Sequence record: NZ_CP109675.1
DNA: 64,000 nucleotides
DNA from: a plasmid
Reading direction: 5' to 3' (one strand)
Position numbers and translations under genes: made by a program. Positions 1-10,199 of this stretch are shown one piece after another. The first letter of the stretch is position 1; every line of letters begins with the position of its first letter. Under the pieces are notes generated by a model. The model searched no databases. It saw nothing but the letters and a program-made list of their open reading frames with translations, and was not told where the DNA came from.

Positions 1-244
1 GCTGAGTACCGAAAGACTATTGAATGCTTTTGGATGTATTCAAAATGTTGTTTCGCAGGCAAACGCGAATGATACTCAGACAGAAATAAAAAGTTAAAAT
101 ACGGTTTAATTAATATTCAGTGGCGCAATAAATTAATAACAAATATGGCTCACCGGTCAGGTGAGCGGGATTATGTTGATAATCCGGAATGCTGGCAAAC
201 AATAAGAATTTGTATTAATTTAAAGAAAATCTAAAGGATGTGCT

Positions 245-1114
245 ATGCGAAAAAACCCTCCCCTGAAAGCCCTCAAATCTTTTGAAGCTGCCGCCAGGCA
301 CCTCAGCTTTACCCGGGCCGCGAAAGAGCTGTTCGTTACCCCAGCCGCCGTCAGCCAGCAAATAAGAATTCTTGAGGAGCGTCTGGGTATCACGCTTTTC
401 AGACGACAGTCCCGCAGCCTGGAGCTCACAGAGGAAGCCGCGATCCTCTATGACGGACTGCACGAAGCGTTCCGGACTATAGAAAATATTTATCATCAGT
501 TTGAAGGCGGGGAATATAAGGAAGTCCTGACGCTGGGCTGTGTAGGCACGTTTGCCCTTGGCTGGCTTGAGGCCAGGCTGGGGCGTTTCCAGACGCTTCA
601 CCCCCATGTGGATGTCCGTCTGCGTATTAACAATAATATCGTCAATATTGCTGCAGAGGGGCTCGATCTGGCTATCAGGTTTGGTACCGGGATATGGCCC
701 TCAACCAATAATGAAAAAATATTCGACGCGCCGTTTGGCGTGCTGTGCGACCCAGAAATGGCCGGACGGCTTCGTGCACCCCGGGATTTGCTGAACGAAA
801 GGCTGCTTCGTTCTTACCGGATGAATGAATGGGAAGACTGGTTTCGTGAGGCCGGGGAGGACGTCGCCGGCATCAGCGGTACGGTCTATGACTCGTCAGG
901 ACTGATGATCCAGACCGTCATACATACCGGCGGCGCGGCGCTGGTTCCCCTGAATATGTTTACACGGGAGCTCACATCCGGGCAGGTTGTGCAGCCCTTC
1001 GAAACGGTTGTCAATGCCGGCAGCTACTGGCTGACATATTCAAAATCCAGAATCATACGCCCCGTAGTCAGAACCTTCAGGGCCTGGCTTCTCAACGAAG
1101 CTCATAGTGATTAA
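245..1114 (+). CDS. LysR-family transcriptional regulator
   Basis: N-terminal LysR-type HTH (LKALKSFEAAARHLSFTRAAKELFVTPAAVSQQIRILEERLG) followed by a ~200 aa substrate-binding-like domain. A single long ORF. Confidence 0.85.
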   Translation: MRKNPPLKALKSFEAAARHLSFTRAAKELFVTPAAVSQQIRILEERLGITLFRRQSRSLELTEEAAILYDGLHEAFRTIENIYHQFEGGEYKEVLTLGCVGTFALGWLEARLGRFQTLHPHVDVRLRINNNIVNIAAEGLDLAIRFGTGIWPSTNNEKIFDAPFGVLCDPEMAGRLRAPRDLLNERLLRSYRMNEWEDWFREAGEDVAGISGTVYDSSGLMIQTVIHTGGAALVPLNMFTRELTSGQVVQPFETVVNAGSYWLTYSKSRIIRPVVRTFRAWLLNEAHSD

Positions 1115-1122
1115 ACTATCGG

Positions 1123-1629
1123 TCAGACAAGTCTTTTATTGTACCACGGGAGAAAAATCCTTAACGTGCCTCCCCAGAATACACCATCAAACAGTCCGGT
1201 GAGCCCACCCATCAGCATGCAAAAACTCGCTGACGCCGCAAGACCGGGCTGCAGGAAGATGGCTGAAGTAAGAATGAATTTTGTACAAAAAGTAATAACA
1301 ATCATTCCCAGCGTCAGCGGCGTCCCGGCCCTGATAACCCTGCCCGGGTTGCCTGAATCCTGCAGGGGAGGTTGTGATCCCCACATCCAGTAGCCGAGTG
1401 CTCCTCCCGCGAGTAATCCTGCGATCATCATGGTGAGACTTACCCCTGCCCTTTCTGTTTCAGTCATAATTCCGTAGCCTCCCCAGACAAGAAACACTAC
1501 CGGGAGCAAAAAAAGCCGTCCGGTTTTCATTTCCCTGTCATAAAGGGCGGTAAAACCACGACGAAGTAAAAAAGCCAGCAGGAGCCAGACCCAGATCGGT
1601 ACATGACTGAAAAATTCAGACAGGTTCAT
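1123..1629 (-). CDS. small integral membrane protein (about 4 TM helices), hypothetical
   Basis: 168-aa ORF made of hydrophobic segments. Lies on the same strand directly downstream of the XRE regulator and the MBL-fold hydrolase. Confidence 0.5.
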   Translation of the reverse strand: MNLSEFFSHVPIWVWLLLAFLLRRGFTALYDREMKTGRLFLLPVVFLVWGGYGIMTETERAGVSLTMMIAGLLAGGALGYWMWGSQPPLQDSGNPGRVIRAGTPLTLGMIVITFCTKFILTSAIFLQPGLAASASFCMLMGGLTGLFDGVFWGGTLRIFLPWYNKRLV

Positions 1630-1707
1630 GGTTTTTCCTTTCCGTTTATTGATGATTACATTTAGCCGTAGAGAATTGCTCCAGCGTTTTACTTGATTGA
1701 CCCCAGG

Positions 1708-2205
1708 TTATTTTCCTTTTTTTGTGCCCGGACGGAGGAGATTATTCAACCTGCGCTGTTGCCATGACTTAAGCCGATCGTGAATAACAAACACCCTCAG
1801 CCCCCTGAACATAACAAGGCTGCCCCATATGGCGGTCACAACGAGGGACCAGTAGCTTTCCGGAGTCAGCAGATAGTTGATAACCATCATTGCGGTACAT
1901 GTCAGAAGAGCCGTTGCGAGTATCCGCCAGAACGTCATTTCCCGGGCAACCTGGGCTCTGGCATCACTGATACGTTCATCCAGCGCGTTGACGGCATCCC
2001 CGTCCTCTTCCGAGAGCTCAGATACGCTGACGTCAAAGGCAGAGGCAAGCGCACTCAACGTTTCAAGACCAGGTTTCTGCCCTTTTTCAGTGCGCTGAAC
2101 CGTTCTGACAGAAAGCGAGGCGACTTCTGCCAGCTGCTCCTGAGACCAGGCCTTCTTCAGGCGAAGGGCTTTCACTTTCTCTGCGACGGTCATCGATAAC
2201 CTCAT
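1708..2205 (-). CDS. XRE/Cro-type HTH regulator with C-terminal transmembrane helices
   Basis: N-terminus LRLKKAWSQEQLAEVASLSVRTVQRTEKG is a classic HTH_XRE. The C-terminal ~70 aa are hydrophobic (two predicted TM helices). Confidence 0.7.
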   Translation of the reverse strand: MRLSMTVAEKVKALRLKKAWSQEQLAEVASLSVRTVQRTEKGQKPGLETLSALASAFDVSVSELSEEDGDAVNALDERISDARAQVAREMTFWRILATALLTCTAMMVINYLLTPESYWSLVVTAIWGSLVMFRGLRVFVIHDRLKSWQQRRLNNLLRPGTKKGK

Positions 2206-2331
2206 GTATGTTTGTAGCGGCTAAGATATTCGCATTTCCTGCCCGCACCGTAAACGACACGGGCCTGACAGAAAGACGACACAAGGGCGACAGACGCTGC
2301 CTGAATGACGGGATAAGCCTGTATCACAGAC

Positions 2332-3135
2332 TTACTCTTCAAAAATAACGGTATCTCCGCACGCTACAGGATGCGTATTCCTGAGCCACAGTTTTCCCCA
2401 TCTTCCGGTGCAGTGGCAGCCCAGAACATGCTCAGGTGCGAGCTCACGCAAAAATGCTTTCAGCCTTATCAGCCTGAGCGGTGACGCTGCCCGCAGATGA
2501 AATCCCCCGATAAGGGCGTAGACGCGGTTTTCTCCCGTAATGTTCACGCAGTGGCGAACGGTGTTCTCCAGCCCACGGTGGCCACACCCGGTCATAATGA
2601 CCAGCCCGCGGGACGAGCGCCAGATAAGTGCGCCTTCGTCAGACACATAATCAGGCGTGGCGTTCCTGTAATCGGTATAACCCCAGGGCTCCGGGCTTTC
2701 CACGGGGATTTCACCACTCCAGACAAAACGTCCCGCCACGACGCGCGGGGTTTTGCTGTACTCCACGTCAAGACCGCAAAAACGCTCCACGACCGAAAGT
2801 TTCTTAAGAGGAATGACCTTTCCCGGCAGCCTGACAGCGGCATACCTTTCCCGTAATACTCCGGGATGACAGATAATCCTCGTCCCTGGGTCAAGAGACG
2901 TTATTCCGCCGCTGTGATCGTAATGCCCGTGTGATAATACAACCGCGTTCAGATCTGTCAGCGGCTCGTTGATTAGCCTGGCGTTGTGAGCAACGGTTTC
3001 ATCCGGGCCGGAGTCAAACAGTATCCGGCTCTCTCCGTCGTCCAGGAGGATGGAGAGGCCTGCACGGGACTGCATTCCTGCAGCCGCGTGAGGCGACAGA
3101 TGGTTTTCGACCAGAATGGTCATTTTGAGTGCCAC
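2332..3135 (-). CDS. MBL-fold metallo-hydrolase
   Basis: Metallo-beta-lactamase-fold zinc-binding motif VLSHGHYDHSGG, plus downstream His and Asp residues. 267 aa. Confidence 0.8.
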   Translation of the reverse strand: MALKMTILVENHLSPHAAAGMQSRAGLSILLDDGESRILFDSGPDETVAHNARLINEPLTDLNAVVLSHGHYDHSGGITSLDPGTRIICHPGVLRERYAAVRLPGKVIPLKKLSVVERFCGLDVEYSKTPRVVAGRFVWSGEIPVESPEPWGYTDYRNATPDYVSDEGALIWRSSRGLVIMTGCGHRGLENTVRHCVNITGENRVYALIGGFHLRAASPLRLIRLKAFLRELAPEHVLGCHCTGRWGKLWLRNTHPVACGDTVIFEE

Positions 3136-3499
3136 AGGTCAGTTCTCCCTTAGCGGTTAATTACCCCATTGTCCCGACAGCAGCGCTGTTACGTGTTTCA
3201 GGGCGGCATTTTTCTCACTGCAGCAGATAAAGAGTTATCAGCATGCCAGCCCGCCACATCATGCTCCCCGATAGCAGCCAGATTTCAGCAGTGACAACGA
3301 AAATGAGTGATGCTGTCAGAACGATATCAACCCGGTTAAAAAAATAATTAACCTCTTTAAAATCTGCGCTTATATTCATTACAGAGTACATCCCGCTGCG
3401 TGCACCTGCTTAAATAACCCTGAAACGTAAAGGGATTAATGATTATCACGTCACTAAACAGTGATAGTGTATTCATGGAAAGACCCCAAAGGACGAATA

Positions 3500-5047
3500 A
3501 TGAAATTACGAAAAAGGGCGCTGGCTGCCGGAATTATCGTACCCGCAATCCTGGCTACACTGCTGTCGTCAGGGATGGCCTGGCGCCAGCTGAGCAGGGA
3601 CACGTCCGTGACGGCAGACATACTGATGAGCCAGGTCGACCACATCACGTCCATTGCCCGCCATGCAAGCCTGGTAACCGCCAGGCTCGCCACTCAGCCC
3701 TGTGAAAGCGTCCTGCAGCAGATGACGGAGAACGGCGCCCTCACGCCCTACATCCGCAGCACCGGGCTTATACGGGATGGTAAAGTAATCTGCTCCTCCG
3801 TGACCGGAGCCAGACAGCAAAGTGCCGATGAGATTTTTGGTGTTGCCGTTTCAGTACCCACAGGGAAGATAAACGTTATCGCCACGGAGGGGACCAGCAG
3901 CGTGCCCGGGCACGTGGCTGTTATCTACGCTTATGGCGCCGGCAACCGGACGACGGCATTCAGCGTGGTGGATGCCCGATACGTTACGGACCTGATGGAC
4001 TCCCTGGATGATGAGAATCATTCGGTTCAGCAGCTCAGGTTCAGTGATGGCCCCGTCATTTCCGGGCAGGAGAAAATCTCCCCACGTGTGAAAGTGTTCA
4101 CAGCTGAGTTCCACTCTGCCGCGAGTCAGGCGCAGCTTCAGGTTCTTACACCGACGCTGTCGCTTCGCCATTACATCCTGCGTAATCTGCTTTTCCTCGG
4201 TCCCCTGTCCCTGCTACTGACCCTGGCCATGCTGTACATGTGGCATCGCTGGGATTCTAGAAAGATGTCTCTGGCGGAAGAAATCAGGAAAGGGATGGCA
4301 GACGGCGAATTCAGCGTGCATTACCAGCCGGTCTGTGACACCGCGACTGGTGCCTGCTCCGGCGCCGAAGCCCTGATGCGCTGGCAGCGTACTGACGGTA
4401 GAAGCATTTCACCGGTGGTGTTTATCCGGGCCGCTGAAGAGGAAGGTCTGATTGTCAGCCTGACGCAGCATCTCTTCAGCCTGATAGAAGACGATGTCAG
4501 GGCATGGCAGGTGACTGACCCCTTCCATCTGGGCGTGAATATCGCAGCCCCTCACCTGACGGACCGGTCGTTTACCGCTGACGTACTGAGACTGTGGGTT
4601 TCTCTCGATCCCGCTTTTCGACTGGTGCTGGAAATTACCGAGCGCAGCCTGGTTGAGGACACTGAAGCGGCATCAGCGAAACTTCATGAGCTACGCCAGA
4701 AAGGCTGTCAGGTGGCCGTGGATGATTTTGGTACGGGCTACTGCTCGCTGAGCCTGCTTCAGAGCCTGCCGGTGGATTACCTGAAAATTGACAAAATATT
4801 CATCGACAGCCTGACGTCGGCCGGTGCGGACACGCCGGTACTGGACACCATTTTGGGCCTCAGCAGACGGCTGGGGCTGACCACCATTGCCGAGGGCGTA
4901 ATGGCCGCACATCAGGCTGAATGGCTGATAAAAAATCAGGTACCTTACGTTCAGGGTTATTATTATGCCAGACCCATGCCGGCTGCCGCGTTTTATCAGT
5001 GGTACCGGGAGCAGGGCGTGAGACTGAAAGACGACGTTATTGCGTAA
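3500..5047 (+). CDS. CSS-motif-domain EAL c-di-GMP phosphodiesterase (membrane-anchored)
   Basis: ATG at 3500 follows the RBS aaggacgaataATG. N-terminal TM helix, periplasmic domain with a CSS motif (KVICSSVTG), second TM, then an EAL domain (GAEALMRWQ ... DDFGTGYCSLSLL ... KIDKIFI). Confidence 0.85.
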   Translation: MKLRKRALAAGIIVPAILATLLSSGMAWRQLSRDTSVTADILMSQVDHITSIARHASLVTARLATQPCESVLQQMTENGALTPYIRSTGLIRDGKVICSSVTGARQQSADEIFGVAVSVPTGKINVIATEGTSSVPGHVAVIYAYGAGNRTTAFSVVDARYVTDLMDSLDDENHSVQQLRFSDGPVISGQEKISPRVKVFTAEFHSAASQAQLQVLTPTLSLRHYILRNLLFLGPLSLLLTLAMLYMWHRWDSRKMSLAEEIRKGMADGEFSVHYQPVCDTATGACSGAEALMRWQRTDGRSISPVVFIRAAEEEGLIVSLTQHLFSLIEDDVRAWQVTDPFHLGVNIAAPHLTDRSFTADVLRLWVSLDPAFRLVLEITERSLVEDTEAASAKLHELRQKGCQVAVDDFGTGYCSLSLLQSLPVDYLKIDKIFIDSLTSAGADTPVLDTILGLSRRLGLTTIAEGVMAAHQAEWLIKNQVPYVQGYYYARPMPAAAFYQWYREQGVRLKDDVIA

Positions 5048-5166
5048 GATCAATATTAACCGGATTTTCGCCTGTTTATGTCATGGCGTTGATGTTACAT
5101 GTATCTCCTTCTTTATATTTTGAATGAGTGATGTCACACCATTTTCTAACTTCAGCCGAGGTCAGC

Positions 5167-5799
5167 ATGATTATTTCCAGCCTGATAGCGATTGCCACCG
5201 TTCTGACAATGGGGGTTATCAGCCCGGGTCCCAGTTTTATCTATGTCGCGCGGAATGCGGTCGTCCACTCCCGACGCCACGGGCTTGTGACCGCTCTCGG
5301 TACCGGCGTGGGCGCTGCCATTTTTTCGCTGGCCGCCATGCTCGGCCTGCAGAAGCTGCTGCTCATGGTTCCGGAGCTGTTCATGGTGCTGAAAGTTGCG
5401 GGCGGGGCCTATCTGTTATGGCTTGCTGTTAAAATGTTCAGGGACGCAACCCGGCCTCTGTATCTGGCGCTTGACGGCGATAAAAATGACGGCAGGACGC
5501 TGATGATGACGTTCCGGGATGGCTTACTGACGCAGCTCAGTAACCCTAAAACAGCAATCATTTTTGCATCGATCTTCAGCGCCCTGCTGCCTGAAAATAT
5601 CCCGGCCCTTTTTTATGTCGCGATCCCGCTGATGAGTTTCCTGATTGATTTTGGCTGGTACGCGATCGTTTCGCTCTGCCTGTCCTCCGAAAGACCGCGC
5701 AGGGCTTATCTTCGTCTGAAAACCTCAGTCGATCGGGCATCATCCGCGGTTCTGGCAGCACTGGGTATGCGGCTGATTTATTCCTCCTTTGTTAAATAA
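5167..5799 (+). CDS. LysE/RhtB-family amino-acid exporter
   Basis: ATG at 5167 follows the RBS gaggtcagcATG. About six hydrophobic helices. The VISPGPSFIYV motif is typical of LysE/RhtB translocators. Confidence 0.8.
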   Translation: MIISSLIAIATVLTMGVISPGPSFIYVARNAVVHSRRHGLVTALGTGVGAAIFSLAAMLGLQKLLLMVPELFMVLKVAGGAYLLWLAVKMFRDATRPLYLALDGDKNDGRTLMMTFRDGLLTQLSNPKTAIIFASIFSALLPENIPALFYVAIPLMSFLIDFGWYAIVSLCLSSERPRRAYLRLKTSVDRASSAVLAALGMRLIYSSFVK

Positions 5800-5978
5800 C
5801 AGGACCAGACTGCTTTACCTGTCAGCAGGGTAAAAAGGCTCATAACTGATGAAAAATTTCACAATGCAGAAAGAATGAACTGCAACCTGTGAGATATTTG
5901 CCCTGCTTTCCTCAGATTGTCAGGGCTTTTTTTGCGCGATTTAATCAGATTAAAAAGTATCTGTAAGGAATTGATGTC

Positions 5979-6374
5979 ATGATGAAAAATATTTTAGCTG
6001 CATTAACTGTTTTCATATCGTTTTCGGCAATGGCTGAGAAAAGGAATATACACAATGAGTGCTCCTTTAGAGCCGCTACGCTTTCGGATATGGTGGCGCT
6101 GTATAAAGAGAGGCAATGCAGCAAAAATCAGGCTAAGCAGTTCATCCATGAGGTGGCGACCGGTGAAACTCAAACTCTCAACAGCTGTATCCCAAAAAGC
6201 AGATACAAAAACCCAGACTTCATTGATGGCAATAACTTTGAAAAGTGGTCTGATTCTTTAATTGAGAAAATATGGTCCAATACAATGAAAGGCCCTGACA
6301 ACTACGGTACTTTTATGGATGCGTGCATGAAAAATCCTGACAAGTATATCGGCGGTCAGTGGCTCTACAAATGA
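5979..6374 (+). CDS. small secreted Cys-containing protein, hypothetical
   Basis: Signal peptide MMKNILAALTVFISFSAMA|EK. Sits in an AT-rich (low-GC) islet. No recognisable family. Confidence 0.5.
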   Translation: MMKNILAALTVFISFSAMAEKRNIHNECSFRAATLSDMVALYKERQCSKNQAKQFIHEVATGETQTLNSCIPKSRYKNPDFIDGNNFEKWSDSLIEKIWSNTMKGPDNYGTFMDACMKNPDKYIGGQWLYK

Positions 6375-6719
6375 CATGTGCAGGTTCAATTCATCGCTGA
6401 GGGCACATCGGCTAAACCAGCACCGTATATGGTGTCAGTAACCATTGCTGGCGTAGATAAGGCTGGATGACACAATCCAGTCAGTAAGGGGATGATCATG
6501 AGAGGATTTTTTAACAGATTAATAGCAACCTTTTAAAGTTAAGTTTGTGTGATAACAAATAAATTCTGAACAAAAAGGATCTGTTCAGCCGGACGGTCCG
6601 GTACAACCTTCATCCGGATAAGTACCGGACCGATAATCCGGTCGAAGACTGGCGCCGCCACTTGAGCCACCAAAATACTGTCGCGCTTTCGGATAGTTAT
6701 AGCCATAACCAGCACCACC

Positions 6720-7289
6720 TCAGGAGGGCTCGCCGTGGTGATGCCTGTCGTACAGGCTGGATAAAATAATTTCAGCCCGCTCTTCCGGCCCGCAAAGCGG
6801 TAACCTGATGAGGTTATAGCCGCATCTGCCGTAGGCCTCAGCCATTGCATGGTACGTCTGAACCGCTTCCCCGAATGACTGCTTACGCTCCGTATCCTGT
6901 ACGTAGATGTCTTCCCATGGCGGCGCGATGAACACGGTATGAGCATACCGGAACAGTTCAGTCGCTCTCTTCATATGGGGCGGCACCGGCAGATTACAGA
7001 GCGTAAGATAGCCAACTATATCCGGCAGCCCACGGTCAAAGAAAAATGGCGTTTCGCTTTGAGCAGCTTCATGCCACGAGCGTAACTCCCAGTTCAGCAT
7101 CAGCCCGGCGAAAGCTTCCCTGTCCTTCCAGGGCAGCGCATTTCCGCCGATCGCCACCTGGTTCCGTATGATTGCGCGTCCGGCCTCAGCTGCCGTCGGA
7201 TAACCTTTTGCGCGCAGGGAATTCAGCAGCGTGCTTTTACCTGACCCCGGTCCGCCGGTAATAATAATTCTTTGGTTTTCAGAATACAT
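6720..7289 (-). CDS. P-loop NTPase (AAA_28 / nucleotide-kinase-like ATPase)
   Basis: Walker A IIITGGPGSGKSTLL lies ~10 aa after the ATG at 7289 (minus), which has the RBS aaaaggaacgcttttATG. About 190 aa. The upstream ORF extension to 7361 lacks an RBS. Confidence 0.7.
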   Translation of the reverse strand: MYSENQRIIITGGPGSGKSTLLNSLRAKGYPTAAEAGRAIIRNQVAIGGNALPWKDREAFAGLMLNWELRSWHEAAQSETPFFFDRGLPDIVGYLTLCNLPVPPHMKRATELFRYAHTVFIAPPWEDIYVQDTERKQSFGEAVQTYHAMAEAYGRCGYNLIRLPLCGPEERAEIILSSLYDRHHHGEPS

Positions 7290-7504
7290 AAAAGCGTTCC
7301 TTTTCGGAAAAAACAACACACTGATGTTGGATACTTCATAATGAAAAGATGAAGACATCATTATACCGGTGCCCTACAGATAGCCTGCAAGCAACATTTT
7401 GCACCACTGATTTCCGTTCCCTGCAGATAAAACGTGTCGTCGTGTCTCACTTAATATATCCACGACGCCCGGGCTTTGCATTACAGGCGCTTCCGCCTGT
7501 CGGT

Positions 7505-8632
7505 TCACCCACGTGACACACTGCACAAAAGAGACATAGCAGCACAGATTGTCAGAACCAGTCCCAGTTGCTGCACCATGCCGGCGAGCCCCAGCATCAT
7601 TCCCAGTAATAAGTAATAGCTCAAGCCGAATAATGCTCCCGCAGCTCCGGTCTGTTCGCGATAACGGTGCAGCGCCTGGCTCAACACGTTGGGTATCGCT
7701 ATGCCATAGGCAATTACAGTTCCGGCTACCGGTATAAGTATCCACGCCGAGTGCTGCAACCACCAGGCAGCAACACCGGAAAGCAGAGCCAGTGTACATG
7801 CATGACGTACCAGCTGTTCCGGTGTTATACCGGTTGTTAACAGTCTCCGGTTCAGGAGGCTGCCCGAGAGTGAAGCAAGTGCCAGTAATATCCCCGTCCA
7901 TCCGAATGCCCTGGAGCTCCACCCCAGCAGCCTGAAAAGAAACGGAGCCAGGCTGTAATAACTGAACAACATTGTATTCAGCAGGGCTACGAGTATTGCA
8001 TTTTTCCAGAGCATACCGTCCCGGATCATGCGGGACGCCAGACCGCTCCCCCGGATTCTGAGCGTGTTCTCTGGCCGCGTTTCCGGCAGTAAAACTGCTG
8101 CCAGTATTAGCAATATTATCGCCAGTGATGCCAGAGCAATAAATACGCCGGTATGGCCGTACAGACTTACCAGCCAGCCTCCACTTACCAGACCGAAAAC
8201 CGGACTCAGTGCAAGCGCCGCTCCCATGACGGAAAAGACGCGGGCCAGTGAGGTTGATTCATAACTGTCCCTCAGCATGGTCTGCACTACAACAGACCCG
8301 GCGGCAGCACCCGTGGCTGCCACCATACGGGCCAGCAGTAATACGCTAAAATCGGTGGACACAATTGCCATTACAGATCCCGCTCCGTAACAGATGAGTC
8401 CAGCCATGATGGCCGGACGTCGTCCGAACCAGTCACTCAGCCAGCCCCACAATGCCACTCCGGCAGCAAAGGAGAAAAAATAGACTGAAAGCGTCTGAGC
8501 AGCACGCTCGCTGCTTACCTGAAAAGATCTGGCGATATCTGGCAACGCAGGGCTGTATATAGTTTCTACCAGTTGTGGAAACATAATAAGCAGCGTCAGC
8601 AGCCACAGGGGAGGGCGAATAATACTATTCAT
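7505..8632 (-). CDS. MFS transporter (DHA1/Bcr-CflA-like efflux pump)
   Basis: 375 aa with 12 hydrophobic helices. MFS signature around SDWFGRRPAIMAGL. Divergently arranged with an AraC-type regulator. Confidence 0.85.
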   Translation of the reverse strand: MNSIIRPPLWLLTLLIMFPQLVETIYSPALPDIARSFQVSSERAAQTLSVYFFSFAAGVALWGWLSDWFGRRPAIMAGLICYGAGSVMAIVSTDFSVLLLARMVAATGAAAGSVVVQTMLRDSYESTSLARVFSVMGAALALSPVFGLVSGGWLVSLYGHTGVFIALASLAIILLILAAVLLPETRPENTLRIRGSGLASRMIRDGMLWKNAILVALLNTMLFSYYSLAPFLFRLLGWSSRAFGWTGILLALASLSGSLLNRRLLTTGITPEQLVRHACTLALLSGVAAWWLQHSAWILIPVAGTVIAYGIAIPNVLSQALHRYREQTGAAGALFGLSYYLLLGMMLGLAGMVQQLGLVLTICAAMSLLCSVSRG

Positions 8633-8733
8633 AACAATATCCAGAGAAACAGAAAACTGGAGGGCATTATTGCTGAGACGATAATGTCTTATTATAATAA
8701 TAAGGACTTTAAATACTAAATATCAGACATTTT

Positions 8734-9519
8734 ATGAAAATTAGCCCCGACGATAGTTTCGATCCGGATAGTTTTAGTGAGCCGGTAATCGGAATTGCGT
8801 CCGATTTAGGTGTACACGATTCAGGACAACACAGTCACCTTCGTCATCAGCTGCTCTTTTCAGCGTCGGGGAGCATCACAATTGAACTTGAACAAACCCT
8901 GTGCCAGCTTCCCCCCCGCCGAGCAGCCTGGATCCCTGCAGGAACAATTCATCGCGCCATGATGCGTGGTGTGCTGGCCTATCGTTCCCTCTACTTTTCA
9001 ACCACGCTTCCGTTATCTCTACTGCCACTGCAAATAGTCGAGGTTAATCCCCTGTTTTTTGAAGTCATAGAACGAATGGCATTCTGGCCATGGGGAATGC
9101 TGGCAGAGCAACAGGCCAGTCTCATTAACGTTTTCTGTGAAGAAATACAGACTGCACGCACAGAAAACTGGACATTACAGCTCCCCTCAGACGCTCGCCT
9201 GAACTTATGGCTGGATGGAGTACGTACGGGCGAATTACCCCCACGCCTTGGCCAGTTGTCCCAACAGATTGGTGCATCTGAGCGCACGATAAGCCGGGTC
9301 TTTATCAGAGATACCGGAATGAATTATCAGAACTGGCGGCAGCAGTGGAGGCTGCTAAAGGCAATGGAAATGCTGTGTGACGGATGGCAGTTAAGCTATG
9401 TGGCGCAACAGCTGGAATTTGTCAGCGACAGTGCATTCATCACGTTTTTTCGACAGCATACAGGTACGACTCCAGCACGTTATTCACTTAAGAATATTGC
9501 TGAAAAAAGTCCCCGCTGA
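8734..9519 (+). CDS. AraC-family transcriptional regulator (cupin N-domain + AraC HTH)
   Basis: C-terminal AraC HTH (ISRVFIRDTGMNYQNWRQQWRLLKAMEML ... FFRQHTGTTPARY). N-terminal cupin-like ligand domain. Confidence 0.85.
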   Translation: MKISPDDSFDPDSFSEPVIGIASDLGVHDSGQHSHLRHQLLFSASGSITIELEQTLCQLPPRRAAWIPAGTIHRAMMRGVLAYRSLYFSTTLPLSLLPLQIVEVNPLFFEVIERMAFWPWGMLAEQQASLINVFCEEIQTARTENWTLQLPSDARLNLWLDGVRTGELPPRLGQLSQQIGASERTISRVFIRDTGMNYQNWRQQWRLLKAMEMLCDGWQLSYVAQQLEFVSDSAFITFFRQHTGTTPARYSLKNIAEKSPR

Positions 9520-10199
9520 CGGTGATAAATCAATAAAAAAACAATATCCTAAGTTTTTGTATTTTCTATTAAGGTCGATTTTTGACCTCAACGTACAATA
9601 ATTTTCGATATCCAAACTGGCCCCAATAAATGCGCCGAAGGCGCATGAAGGCGCCCTCTGTCGCTGAATACTGCACCTCCGTAAATGGCGCCGTAGCCCG
9701 GCGCAGCCGGTATCAGTTTTGATAGGTTCCACCAATCCATCACTTCGCCCTGCTAAGCCATAACCCGCAGACAGGCGGCACAGGAAATGATGTGCGCCGT
9801 CGGAGTGGTCACGACAAGGCTTCGCCGCAGTCGGGGCGTATCTCCGCGTTAGCGGGCCGTTAGGACCGCTTACGGGCGTGTTGCACAGGGTCTGCCGGAG
9901 GTGTGAATTAAAGCGGCTCGGGTTCTAGTTACAACATCCATCATTAAAAGCGATGTTGTTCCGGGCCTTCGGCCCGGGCGGCGGCGCTTTTCAGTGGTGG
10001 GTTTTTTGTGGGGAGCTGAGGATCCTAGGAGTAAGTGGTCGACTGTTGCTGTTGTAACGTTCTGAACCCTGCCCGCCATTTTTGGCGGGTGCTAACTCTA
10101 GGCGCAAAGCGCCTGAACCGAACCGGCGCGGACTTTGTCCGCTGCAAGGGCGGGCGTTATACACATGTCCACAGGACAGGTGGCGAATAGGTTTTATTT

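Noticed and set aside
6539-6946. 135-aa minus-strand ORF overlapping the 3' end of the P-loop ATPase gene
   Set aside because: Out-of-frame overlap with a gene that has a Walker A motif and an RBS. No independent signals.
7374-7922. 182-aa ORF overlapping the MFS transporter gene in another frame
   Set aside because: The MFS frame is continuous across 12 TM helices. The overlapping frame is Cys/Gly/Thr-rich junk.
9870-10079. 69-aa minus-strand ORF in the hairpin-rich region next to ori, and a possible tRNA-like element there
   Set aside because: The ORF is Arg/Pro/Thr-rich with no RBS. No cloverleaf and no T-loop GTTCRANNC were seen, so no tRNA is called.
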